Positions 25,653-33,450 of a DNA stretch of 64,000 nucleotides are shown here, in pieces. Origin of the DNA: Candidatus Protoclostridium gallicola (GTDB lineage Bacteria; Bacillota; Clostridia; Christensenellales; Pumilibacteraceae); NCBI GenBank assembly GCA_904387375.1, contig CAJFLE010000006.1, forward strand, positions 6,376 to 70,375. The letters run 5' to 3'. Position 1 is the stretch's first letter. Each line of letters begins with the position of its first letter. A program made the position numbers and the translations under genes. Under the pieces are notes generated by a model. It was given only the letters and a program-made list of their open reading frames with translations. It searched no databases and was not told where the DNA came from.

Positions 25653-26470
25653 AGGCACCTCATCACGTTGTCCGCGCCGGCGGCTATGTCGCGCATGATG
25701 TCGCCGTCCGAGGCGTCCTGATCGATTACGAGATTCCACCCGTGCGACCCGGCGGCGCGCACCAGCTCCCGCAGCGGGATTCCGCCCTCGCCCACCGCGG
25801 CAAAGCACTTCTTTCTGTCCTTACAGCCCGGCCTGATGTCTTTCAAGTGGATCGACTTTATCCTGCCGGAGTATTCGCCCAGCAGGGAGGCCGGATCGCG
25901 TCCGGCGAACAGCGCCCAGCCCGCGTCGAGCTGCAGCCCCAGCCCCGGCACCTCGCCGAGCAGCCTGTCCAGCGGCGCGCCGGTGCCGCGCAGTTCGCCG
26001 TCGTGGTTGTGGTACAGCACGTCCACGCCCGCGGCGTTCATCGCCTCGACGAACGCGCCGAGCGCGGGCAGATATTTCTCCGCGCGCTCCGGACTGTCCG
26101 CGTTAAGCGACACGGCGTAGTATTCCAGCCCGTATTTGCGTGCGAACGCCAGCGCGGGTTTTATCATGCGGCGCAGCGTGTCGGAGCCGAGGTCGCACAG
26201 CGCGCAGTGCGCGCCCTTTACCGAAAAGCCGCGCGCCGACGCTTCACGGACGAACGCCGCCGCCCTGCCGCCGAAAAAGTTGCCGCCCGCCAGCCCCGCG
26301 AACGCGAACCCGGTGCGCAGCAGCGCGCGCAGAGGGGGCGCGAACGCCTTCGAAAACACGATGCACGGCTCTATTGCCGTAATGCCGCACTCGCCGAGCG
26401 CGGCCAGCGTGCCGGCGGTATTCCTGCCCAGCCGGCGCGAAAGTCCGAAAGTATTTATGCCCAGTTCCAT
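25649..26470 (-). CDS. Sugar phosphate isomerase/epimerase (xylose isomerase-like TIM barrel)
   Basis: 273 aa. MELGINTFGL.. N-terminus, ..VLYHNHDGEL.. and ..IHLKDIR.. motifs typical of the AP_endonuc_2 fold. Confidence 0.65.
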   Translation of the reverse strand: MELGINTFGLSRRLGRNTAGTLAALGECGITAIEPCIVFSKAFAPPLRALLRTGFAFAGLAGGNFFGGRAAAFVREASARGFSVKGAHCALCDLGSDTLRRMIKPALAFARKYGLEYYAVSLNADSPERAEKYLPALGAFVEAMNAAGVDVLYHNHDGELRGTGAPLDRLLGEVPGLGLQLDAGWALFAGRDPASLLGEYSGRIKSIHLKDIRPGCKDRKKCFAAVGEGGIPLRELVRAAGSHGWNLVIDQDASDGDIMRDIAAGADNVMRCL

Positions 26471-27780
26471 GATCTTTCCTCACGCAGAGATTTGGGATAA
26501 TGATTCTTCACGACGCCGCCGCTGCCCTTGCCGCCGCCCAGCGCGTAGCCTCCGGCGGTCACCGCCACCCAGCCGCGAGCCTCGCCCGCTATTTCGCGCC
26601 CGGCGAGATAGTCCGCGACGCGTTCGTCGCCGACGTCCAGCTCCAGCGCGCGGAACCTGCCGCCGTAAGCGTGGAACGCCTGGTGCGCGGGCGTGAACCT
26701 GCCCTTCTCCGCCCGCCCCAGCATAACGCCGTTGACGAGACAGGGCAGCTCGCAGCGCAGCGCGGGCACGAACAGCATGCCGTCCGACGACGCGACTTCG
26801 AGGCCGCTGACGTCCATGATTTCGGATACGAGCGCCAGCTCCGCGCGGGAAGCGGGACGGCACCTCGCGCCCGGTTTCGCTTCCGGACGCGCCGCGCCCG
26901 TTTTGCGCAGCAGGCAGAAAAACTGCCCCTCTCCGCGGAAAGCATGCGGATAGAAAATATATCCGCAGCCCGCCGGTCTGCCAAGCGCGCGTATGCTCTC
27001 CGGCGCGGAAACGGGTTCATAGCCCAGCGACAGCGCGTACTCCGCGGCGCCCTCGTCCTCTTCGGGCGAAAACGTGCACGTCGAGTACAGCAGCAGCCCG
27101 CCCTCTTTCAGACAGGCGTCGGCGGAGCGCAGTATTTCACGCTGCCGCGCCGCGCAGGCGCGCACGTTCGCCTCCGACCAGTTTGCCGCCGCCTGCGGCT
27201 CCTTGCGCATCATCCCCTCGCCCGAGCAGGGCGCGTCCACGACTACGGCGTCGAAAAAACCGCCGAAAGCGTCCGCCGCCCTGTCCGGCCGCATGCTGAC
27301 AGCGAGCACGTTCGCATAGCCCATGCGCACGACGTTTTCGCGCAGCACGAGCGCGCGGGAGCGCTCGATCTCGTTGGACACGAGCAGCCCGGTTTCGGGC
27401 ATCCGCGCGAGCATGCTCGTCTTGCCGCCCGGCGCGGCGCACATATCCAGCACGCGGGCGCCGTCCGGCAGCAGCCCGGCAAGCGCGCTCACGGGCAGCA
27501 TGGCGGAGGGTTCCTGCATGTAATACAGCCCGGCGGCGTAGTACGGGTGCGCGGTCGGCCGGCCTTCCGCGACCAGGCGGCAGCCGTCGCCGAACGGCAG
27601 TTTTTCCAGCCCCGGCAGCGCGCCGTCCGCGACAGACACGGCGCAGCGCGCGGTGTTTATGTGCAGCCCTTTGACGGGCGGAGCGTCCAGCGCGGCGAGG
27701 TAGTCCCCGTATTCCGCGCCCAGCCTCGCCTTCATGCGTTCGAGAAATTTTTCGGGCAGTCCGTTCATAAAGACAAGCAT
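26455..27780 (-). CDS. RsmB/RsmF-family rRNA (cytosine-C5)-methyltransferase
   Basis: VLDMCAAPGGKT (SAM motif), VVDAPCSGEGMMRK and LLYSTCTFSPEE catalytic Cys motifs. The start is uncertain (27780 or 27768) and no SD sequence is evident. Confidence 0.8.
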   Translation of the reverse strand: MLVFMNGLPEKFLERMKARLGAEYGDYLAALDAPPVKGLHINTARCAVSVADGALPGLEKLPFGDGCRLVAEGRPTAHPYYAAGLYYMQEPSAMLPVSALAGLLPDGARVLDMCAAPGGKTSMLARMPETGLLVSNEIERSRALVLRENVVRMGYANVLAVSMRPDRAADAFGGFFDAVVVDAPCSGEGMMRKEPQAAANWSEANVRACAARQREILRSADACLKEGGLLLYSTCTFSPEEDEGAAEYALSLGYEPVSAPESIRALGRPAGCGYIFYPHAFRGEGQFFCLLRKTGAARPEAKPGARCRPASRAELALVSEIMDVSGLEVASSDGMLFVPALRCELPCLVNGVMLGRAEKGRFTPAHQAFHAYGGRFRALELDVGDERVADYLAGREIAGEARGWVAVTAGGYALGGGKGSGGVVKNHYPKSLREERSWNWA

Positions 27781-27810
27781 AGCATATTTTGCGCAAATTG
27801 TAAATACGAA

Positions 27811-27839
27811 TTGACAAATTTGCCGAATAGTTTTATTAT
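27811..27839 (+). promoter_or_regulatory. Promoter TTGACA-17 nt-TATTAT for the CobW-like gene
   Basis: -35 at 27811..27816 and -10 at 27834..27839. The -35 lies inside the inverted repeat GCAAATT-N17-AATTTGC (27793..27823). Confidence 0.5.
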
Positions 27840-27866
27840 ATATGGGAAAAACCGAGGTGAAGAAAT

Positions 27867-29126
27867 ATGAAAAATTTCAAAACAGTACCCATTACGCTGA
27901 TAACCGGTTATCTCGGCAGCGGAAAAACGACGCTCATCAATTACCTGCTCAAAAACGCGAGCGGGTATAAAATGGCGGTCATCGTCAACGACATAGGCGA
28001 AGTCAACATCGACGCCGACCTCATCGAAAAGGGCGGCGTGGTCGCAGGCAAGGACGACAACCTCGTCGCGCTCCAGAACGGCTGCATCTGCTGCACGCTC
28101 AAAAAGGACCTCATCGACCAGCTCGCCCAGCTCATAAAGTCCCGCCGCTTCGACCACATTCTCATCGAGGCTTCGGGTATATGCGAGCCCGTGCCCATCG
28201 CGCAGACGATAACCTATCTCGAGCAGCAGTTCGAGAACCGCGGCATGCCCAAGTTCTGCAAGCTCGACGCCATAGTGTCCGTCACCGACGCGCTCCGTCT
28301 TGCCGACGAGTTCGGCTGCGGCTCGACGCTGGAAAGCGCCGAGCGCGGCGAAGAGGACATCGAGAACCTCGTCATACAGCAGATCGAGTTCTGCGACATC
28401 ATACTGCTCAATAAGGTGAGCGAGGTCACGCCCGAGCAGCTCGCCAACATCAAGGCGATAATCCGCAAGCTCCAGCCGCACGCGACCATACTCGACACCA
28501 ACTACTGCCGCATCGACCTCAAACAGATACTCGACACCGGGCTGTTCGACTTCGAAAAGGCGATGAACTCCGCGGGCTGGATGGAAGAGTTCGACCGCAC
28601 GGACAACGAGCACGACGCCGACGAGCACGAGCATCACCATCACCACGGCGAAGAGGACGACCGCGACGAGGACGAGGATACCGACGACGACCACGGGCAC
28701 GGGCATCACCATCATCACCACCACGAGCACGGCGTCGGCGAGAACGACGACGAAGGCACCGCGGAGGAGTACGGAATCGGCACGTACGTCTATTTCCGCC
28801 GCCGCCCCTTCGACCGCCTGAAATTCGAGGACTGGGCGAACAAGGACTACGGCCGCATGATAATCCGCACCAAAGGCCTCGTGTACTTTACCGACGACCG
28901 CGACCTCAGCTACGTCTACGAGCAGGCGGGCAAACAGAAATATCTGACCGAAAACGGCGAGTGGTACGCCTGCATGCCCGCATACGAGATCGACAGACTG
29001 CTCGCGACCGACGAGAAGTTCGCGCACGACTGGGATCCCGAATACGGCGACCGCATGATCAAACTCGTGTTCATCGGCCAGCAGCTCGACCGCAAACGCA
29101 TAAAGGAAGAACTGGACAAAATCTGA
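27867..29126 (+). CDS. CobW/COG0523-family metal-chaperone GTPase with His/Asp/Glu-rich insertion
   Basis: P-loop GYLGSGKTTL, CICCTL metal motif, and an acidic His-rich stretch DEHEHHHHHGEEDDRDEDEDTDDDHGHGHHHHHHHEHG. Confidence 0.85.
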   Translation: MKNFKTVPITLITGYLGSGKTTLINYLLKNASGYKMAVIVNDIGEVNIDADLIEKGGVVAGKDDNLVALQNGCICCTLKKDLIDQLAQLIKSRRFDHILIEASGICEPVPIAQTITYLEQQFENRGMPKFCKLDAIVSVTDALRLADEFGCGSTLESAERGEEDIENLVIQQIEFCDIILLNKVSEVTPEQLANIKAIIRKLQPHATILDTNYCRIDLKQILDTGLFDFEKAMNSAGWMEEFDRTDNEHDADEHEHHHHHGEEDDRDEDEDTDDDHGHGHHHHHHHEHGVGENDDEGTAEEYGIGTYVYFRRRPFDRLKFEDWANKDYGRMIIRTKGLVYFTDDRDLSYVYEQAGKQKYLTENGEWYACMPAYEIDRLLATDEKFAHDWDPEYGDRMIKLVFIGQQLDRKRIKEELDKI

Positions 29127-29145
29127 TTGAAATACAATCACGGCG

Positions 29146-29176
29146 AAAGAGCGTTCCGAAAGGAGTGCTCTTTTTT
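29146..29176 (+). terminator. Intrinsic terminator of the CobW-like gene
   Basis: AAAGAGCGTTCC-GAAA-GGAGTGCTCTTT followed by TTTG. Confidence 0.7.
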
Positions 29177-29182
29177 GTTTAT

Positions 29183-29926
29183 CTAAGCATTATTTTTACA
29201 TATACGGTTTTCCACCTCGATAAACAGGTCACGAAAGTCGTCATTAACCGATGCCCTGCCGGAGCGTGTAATTTTGTTTTTCAACAGCTTTTCTGACATG
29301 CGGTTTTTTTCTATTTGTTCGTCGTCATAATCAGTAATCGGGAAATATTTTTCCGCAATCGTTTCAGCCGTGATATCCAGCCATAGTTCATTTTCGAATA
29401 GTTCGATATAATCCTTAACCGTATCGTAAAGTCTGTCGCGGATATCTGCGATTTCGTTCCCTTCTATTATGCCTAAATCCGTTACGCCTGTTTCATAAAT
29501 ATATAAATTACGATAAATGTAATCGGCCAAATTGTCATATTCGGAAATGCCGTCGTCATAATTTCGTGGCCAATTCATTACATACTGTCCCAAAAAAACA
29601 AGTTGCCCCAACCGCTGTAATTCCTTTTTGCTTATTTTGATTTCCGTCCATTCGTCTTTTGCCATACTAAGAAGCTTTACCAATTCATTCAAGGCATAAG
29701 AAAATATACCTTTTGTTTTAGGCGGCGCGCCTCTCGATGATTTCTCAGGAATCGGTTCTGTTTTAGAACCGATTTTTATTATGTCTGCTATCAAATTTTT
29801 TTTGTTTTTCGCTGTCGGCCGTTTTACGCCTACTGCACGTCCGTACAATCGCAGTTCGTATATGTTCTTCTTTCTCAAAAAATCATATGCTTCGCGATAA
29901 CGTTCAAATAATTCCTTCTCTTCCAT
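29183..29926 (-). CDS. Hypothetical protein (N-terminal Rho_N/SAP-like helix-extended-helix, basic linker, unknown C-terminal domain)
   Basis: 247 aa and clearly AT-rich. IYELRLYGRAVGVKRPTAKNKKNLIADII resembles Rho_N/SAP motifs. I recognise no catalytic motifs. Confidence 0.55.
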   Translation of the reverse strand: MEEKELFERYREAYDFLRKKNIYELRLYGRAVGVKRPTAKNKKNLIADIIKIGSKTEPIPEKSSRGAPPKTKGIFSYALNELVKLLSMAKDEWTEIKISKKELQRLGQLVFLGQYVMNWPRNYDDGISEYDNLADYIYRNLYIYETGVTDLGIIEGNEIADIRDRLYDTVKDYIELFENELWLDITAETIAEKYFPITDYDDEQIEKNRMSEKLLKNKITRSGRASVNDDFRDLFIEVENRICKNNA

Positions 29927-29952
29927 ATAAAATACCTCGCTAAATTATATTA

Positions 29953-30113
29953 GGATAACTCGTTATCCGTGTTTTTCGAATAAAAAAATGAGATATCCTC
30001 CGAATATACGGAACGCCGTTTATCCGAGCGAATACAACTCGGTTAATCCATTATCCGCGTAATTCGATTACAAACATATTATATCATATCAAATAAGGAT
30101 TGCTATCTATCCG
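29953..30113. promoter_or_regulatory. Divergent control region with operator-like motifs (palindrome GGATAAC-TC-GTTATCC plus repeated TATCCG half-sites)
   Basis: Palindrome at 29953..29968. TATCCG recurs at 29964..29969, 30021..30026, 30052..30057 and 30108..30113, all within a 230-nt AT-rich intergenic region. Confidence 0.45.
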
Positions 30114-30155
30114 AGTTAACTTATTTTATCGTTTTATAGGAGGCTGTGTCGAATT

Positions 30156-30635
30156 ATGGCGAAAGTTACTTCCGATTCTCATATGAGATCGTCGGAAACA
30201 TTCCGAATAAGGCTTAATTCTCTTATTGCCGACCTCGATTGCTCGATTTACGAATTTGCGGATAAGGCAAACGTCAGCAAAGGAGTGTTAACCCGCGCGG
30301 CGCTATACGGAATTATTCCGAGCGTAAGACCTCTGATAAAAATAGCCGATTGTTTATGCGTATCGCTGGAATACCTTTTGGGGCTGACTGATAATACTTT
30401 TTACGAGCCTGCGCCATCTCCGTCGACATTTCATATCCGATTGGCCGAACTTTGCGGAGAACGTAACGTCAAATATTCGGAGATAGGCGCGCTTATGCCC
30501 TTCTCCGCAAACCTGTTCTATGATTGGCAAAGAGAGAAAACCATTCCGTCGTTGGAGTATCTTCTGGCATTGGCGGAATATTTCAAAGTTTCTCCCGACT
30601 ATCTGCTCGGCAGAACGGATCATAAAAATAATTAA
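30156..30635 (+). CDS. Double-HTH XRE-family regulator (two tandem HTH_3 domains)
   Basis: 159 aa. Two copies of the HTH pattern, each ending ..LEYLLGLTDN and ..SPDYLLGRTDH. Confidence 0.7.
   Translation: MAKVTSDSHMRSSETFRIRLNSLIADLDCSIYEFADKANVSKGVLTRAALYGIIPSVRPLIKIADCLCVSLEYLLGLTDNTFYEPAPSPSTFHIRLAELCGERNVKYSEIGALMPFSANLFYDWQREKTIPSLEYLLALAEYFKVSPDYLLGRTDHKNN
30573..30619 (+). repeat. 47-bp perfect direct repeat, copy 1 (3' end of the first double-HTH gene)
   Basis: GCGGAATATTTCAAAGTTTCTCCCGACTATCTGCTCGGCAGAACGGA is identical at 31071..31117. Confidence 0.9.
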
Positions 30636-30650
30636 AGGAATGCGATCTAT

Positions 30651-31148
30651 ATGCCCAGAAATCCGACAATTCACCCGACACAGCGTGTTTCTCCGGAATT
30701 CCGCCGTCGTATAAACGATATTATCGAGGATAACGAACTCGACAAATACCGTTTTGCGGAAGCGGTCGGGGTAAGCAAAGACGTGATTAACCGTGCCTGT
30801 CTGTACGGTATAATCCCCAGTCTGCAATCGCTGATCAGAATAGCGGACTTTTCCGACGTTTCGCTCGATTACCTGTTGGCAAAGAGCGACGATACGTACT
30901 TCGACAAAAGCGAAAGCGGCGCGACGTTTCACGACAGGCTGCCTGCACTTGCAGCAAAACACGGCAAAAAATATTCGGAAATATCCCATAAAATGATTTT
31001 TCCGGAAAGTTATTTCCATGATTGGCTGCGCACGAAAACGCTGCCCTCTCTCGAATATCTTTACAATATTGCGGAATATTTCAAAGTTTCTCCCGACTAT
31101 CTGCTCGGCAGAACGGACGACGATACGCCGCAAACGCACGAAAAATAA
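30651..31148 (+). CDS. Double-HTH XRE-family regulator, tandem paralog
   Basis: 165 aa with the same two-HTH layout. Its C-terminal AEYFKVSPDYLLGRTD is identical to the upstream paralog. Confidence 0.7.
   Translation: MPRNPTIHPTQRVSPEFRRRINDIIEDNELDKYRFAEAVGVSKDVINRACLYGIIPSLQSLIRIADFSDVSLDYLLAKSDDTYFDKSESGATFHDRLPALAAKHGKKYSEISHKMIFPESYFHDWLRTKTLPSLEYLYNIAEYFKVSPDYLLGRTDDDTPQTHEK
31071..31117 (+). repeat. 47-bp perfect direct repeat, copy 2
   Basis: Identical to 30573..30619 by manual comparison. Confidence 0.9.
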
Positions 31149-31190
31149 CGGCGCAATACGAATGATGCGCGATTGCAACACGAAAGTGTC

Positions 31191-31219
31191 TTGTTTCAAT
31201 GCGGACTCTGTGATATAAT
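31191..31219 (+). promoter_or_regulatory. Promoter TTGTTT-17 nt-TATAAT for the small membrane protein gene
   Basis: -35 at 31191..31196 and -10 at 31214..31219. Confidence 0.45.
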
Positions 31220-31262
31220 TTAATCGGAAATAACAGATAAACCGAAACAAGGAGAAACCGCA

Positions 31263-31688
31263 ATGATTGCAGCAAACCGCATAAGAGGCAAATGGCTTTT
31301 ATGGATTGTGATCGCCGTCGATGTTTTATGCATTGCCATGGCTATAGCCGTATGGATTGCAATGGGCGACGCCGTCGACGACGTAATAATACCGCTGGGA
31401 ATTTTCACGGTATTGACCGCAGTGCAAACGACAATGTGCCTTTTATCGAAAAATCCGGGTATATTCACTTTCGCGATCCTCCTCGTCTTATCTATCGTCA
31501 AGGGTCTGGTGACGTTTTCGACGGAAATTCTGGGAGATATGAATAGTATTTATTTCGGAGAATCGACGATGATCCGCTCGGTATTCATCGTTCTGTTTCT
31601 GGCAAGCATCGTTCTTGCCGCCGTGTCTGAGTGTGCGGCGCTGATAATACTCAGAATCAAAAACCAACGCATCGACACGAAAGAGTAA
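31263..31688 (+). CDS. Small integral membrane protein (about 4 TM helices), function unknown
   Basis: 141 aa. Four hydrophobic stretches. GGAGAA RBS 7 nt upstream of the ATG. Confidence 0.6.
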   Translation: MIAANRIRGKWLLWIVIAVDVLCIAMAIAVWIAMGDAVDDVIIPLGIFTVLTAVQTTMCLLSKNPGIFTFAILLVLSIVKGLVTFSTEILGDMNSIYFGESTMIRSVFIVLFLASIVLAAVSECAALIILRIKNQRIDTKE

Positions 31689-31724
31689 CGGCGAAAAACG
31701 GACAAAAGTTACGCAAAAGCATGA

Positions 31725-31755
31725 AAGAACCCGAAAGTTTGACTTTCGGGTTCTT
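31725..31755. terminator. Bidirectional hairpin between convergent genes
   Basis: AAGAACCCGAAAG-TTTGA-CTTTCGGGTTCTT. Confidence 0.6.
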
Positions 31756-31776
31756 CCATGCCGGCAAGTGACCAGT

Positions 31777-33204
31777 TTATTCTTTCCGATGTTTTGCCGC
31801 CACGATTTTCTGATTGCGGGCATGCGGCCTTTCGGGGACGGTATATGCGAGAACTCCCTGTCCGATCAGCGGCTCGACATAGCGCCGGATAGCGTATGCC
31901 TGCGTCATACCCAGGAAAGCGGCAACCTCTTTCCGCGTGCGCGGCACTTTACAATACTCTTCCAAGGATCCCGGCTTACCCGTGCCTCCGGCTGTCTGCG
32001 CATTATAAAATACCACGCGGAAAAGTCCTCGTTTATCCTCGAACAGCGGCTCGGGCAGACCGCTTTCCGCGAGCTGTTTCCGGATTGTGGGGATGCCGGA
32101 GTAACGATTTTCCACGACCTTCATCGTCTCCAGGACGGAAACAAGCGTTTTGTTACGCGTGTCGGCATGAATTCTGCCGAGTTCGTCTATATCTATCGCC
32201 CCGTAAAGTCCGCCCGCATTGACGATTTCCAGCCGATCCCTGTACATTTCCAGCCGGACGGGCATCCCTTCGGTATACGGGCTGTAATCGCGGTGTACAA
32301 GCGCGTTGATAATCGCTTCGCGCACGGCGGTCAGGGGATATTCGGTCACGTCGGTGCGTTTACCGTTCTCGATGCGCACCCCCGCCCGCATATTCATGGC
32401 GACGAAATTGACCGCCCCCTCCGCTATCTGCGGAATGGTCCCTTCTATGCGTCTGTTGTCCAAAAAGCGCTGACCGTCCTCGGACGTATCGCCCATACGC
32501 GTGCCCGGGATAAGGACTGCGGTCAGACACAGCTGCGGAAACTGCGCCTGCGGATATTTGGAAAAACAGAGAACGGCGGCAAGAGTCGGCCTGCCGTCAT
32601 GAGTGAGCCCCATGAGTGACAGCAATTCCGTATCCGAAAGATTGGCCGTATTCGCGCGGTTCATGCGCACGCCGCGCAGATAGCTTTCCACCAGATTTTT
32701 ATCCAGGCTTTCCATATCGGCGGGAGTTTCCCTGATGTCTTCGCGGATTTGCTTACGGTAAGCCTCGAAGCTGTAGATCTCGTAATCCGTCATCCGCTCG
32801 TCGGCATCGCCGACACGGACATACGAACCCTGCCACTTGCCCGCGCCTTTATAATAAACGGGGCGCTCCGCGGCTTCCACCGCGGGGATCTCCATGCCGA
32901 CGAAACGTTTTCCGTCTATCTCGCAGGAAGAGAACAACGGGCGAACTACGGGCTCCATCTGTTTGCACTGCTCCGAGGCGCGATGCTGCAGATCCTGCAC
33001 ATCGTAAACGCCCACGGGAGCAAAGCCCTGTTTTTCGTCCAGTCCGAACACAATAACTCCGCCCGTATTCTGGTTTGAAAAGGAAGAGAGCGTATCGTAC
33101 AGCCGCGGGCAGCCGCCCTGAGCCGCTTTTACTTCGATCGTCTGTTCCTCGTATTTTTGTTTACAAATGCGTTTAACGAGATCCGTCAGTTCTTCCGACA
33201 GCAT
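31777..33204 (-). CDS. AlbA_2 (Schlafen-type) domain + GHKL-like ATPase (HATPase_c_4) + C-terminal winged-helix protein
   Basis: 475 aa. N-terminal ..EEQTIEVKAA.....LYDTLSSFSNQNTGGVIVFGLDE.. is the divergent AAA/AlbA_2 pattern. Central ..ALVHRDY....PVRLEMYRDRLEIVNAGGLYG.. is the HATPase_c_4 pattern. C-terminal ..RTRKEVAAFLGMTQAYAIRRYVEPLIGQGVL.. is a wHTH. GGAGGTG RBS. Confidence 0.7.
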   Translation of the reverse strand: MLSEELTDLVKRICKQKYEEQTIEVKAAQGGCPRLYDTLSSFSNQNTGGVIVFGLDEKQGFAPVGVYDVQDLQHRASEQCKQMEPVVRPLFSSCEIDGKRFVGMEIPAVEAAERPVYYKGAGKWQGSYVRVGDADERMTDYEIYSFEAYRKQIREDIRETPADMESLDKNLVESYLRGVRMNRANTANLSDTELLSLMGLTHDGRPTLAAVLCFSKYPQAQFPQLCLTAVLIPGTRMGDTSEDGQRFLDNRRIEGTIPQIAEGAVNFVAMNMRAGVRIENGKRTDVTEYPLTAVREAIINALVHRDYSPYTEGMPVRLEMYRDRLEIVNAGGLYGAIDIDELGRIHADTRNKTLVSVLETMKVVENRYSGIPTIRKQLAESGLPEPLFEDKRGLFRVVFYNAQTAGGTGKPGSLEEYCKVPRTRKEVAAFLGMTQAYAIRRYVEPLIGQGVLAYTVPERPHARNQKIVAAKHRKE

Positions 33205-33225
33205 ACTTCACCTCCGATTACATAA

Positions 33226-33254
33226 ATTATAACACGAAAAGTTAAATTTTACAA
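33226..33254 (-). promoter_or_regulatory. Promoter TTGTAA-17 nt-(TGT)TATAAT of the AlbA_2 gene, overlapping repeat copy 1
   Basis: -35 at 33254..33249 and extended -10 TGTTATAAT ending at 33226 on the minus strand. Confidence 0.5.
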
Positions 33255-33353
33255 GTGAAAAGTTAAATTTTATTCTCAAAAGTTAAATATTTTACTCTGA
33301 AAGTTAAATATTTGCCCGAAAAGTTAAATTTATCATCCAAAAGTTAAATTTTA
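33237..33353. repeat. Six direct repeats of AAAGTTAAAT (core) at 20-21 bp spacing (iteron/operator-like array)
   Basis: Copies start at 33237, 33258, 33278, 33299, 33319 and 33339, giving spacings of 21, 20, 21, 20 and 20. The 10-mer AAAGTTAAAT is invariant in all six. Confidence 0.9.
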
Positions 33354-33393
33354 CGTTTCGTTTTTTAACATGTTTTACAAATGAATCGCATAC

Positions 33394-33420
33394 GAAAACA
33401 CCCCGTCTGACGACGGGGCG
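33394..33420 (-). terminator. Intrinsic terminator of pckA
   Basis: Minus strand reads CCCCGTC-GTCA-GACGGGG followed by TGTTTTCG. Confidence 0.65.
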
Positions 33421-33450
33421 CTTTCGCTTCTATCGGATTGACGATACGGA

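Noticed and set aside
27793-27823. Possible Zur/Fur-type box in front of the COG0523 (CobW-like) gene.
   Set aside because: I found only an inverted repeat GCAAATT-N17-AATTTGC spanning the -35. It does not resemble the 7-1-7 AT-rich Fur-family boxes I know, so I make no regulator claim.
30354-31250. 298-aa minus-strand ORF spanning both double-HTH genes.
   Set aside because: It is antisense to two ORFs with clear HTH motifs and good RBSs, and has no recognisable features.
33237-33353. Regularly spaced repeats considered as a possible CRISPR array.
   Set aside because: The repeat unit is only about 10-14 nt with 6-10 nt between copies, far below CRISPR repeat and spacer sizes. There are no cas genes in the window.
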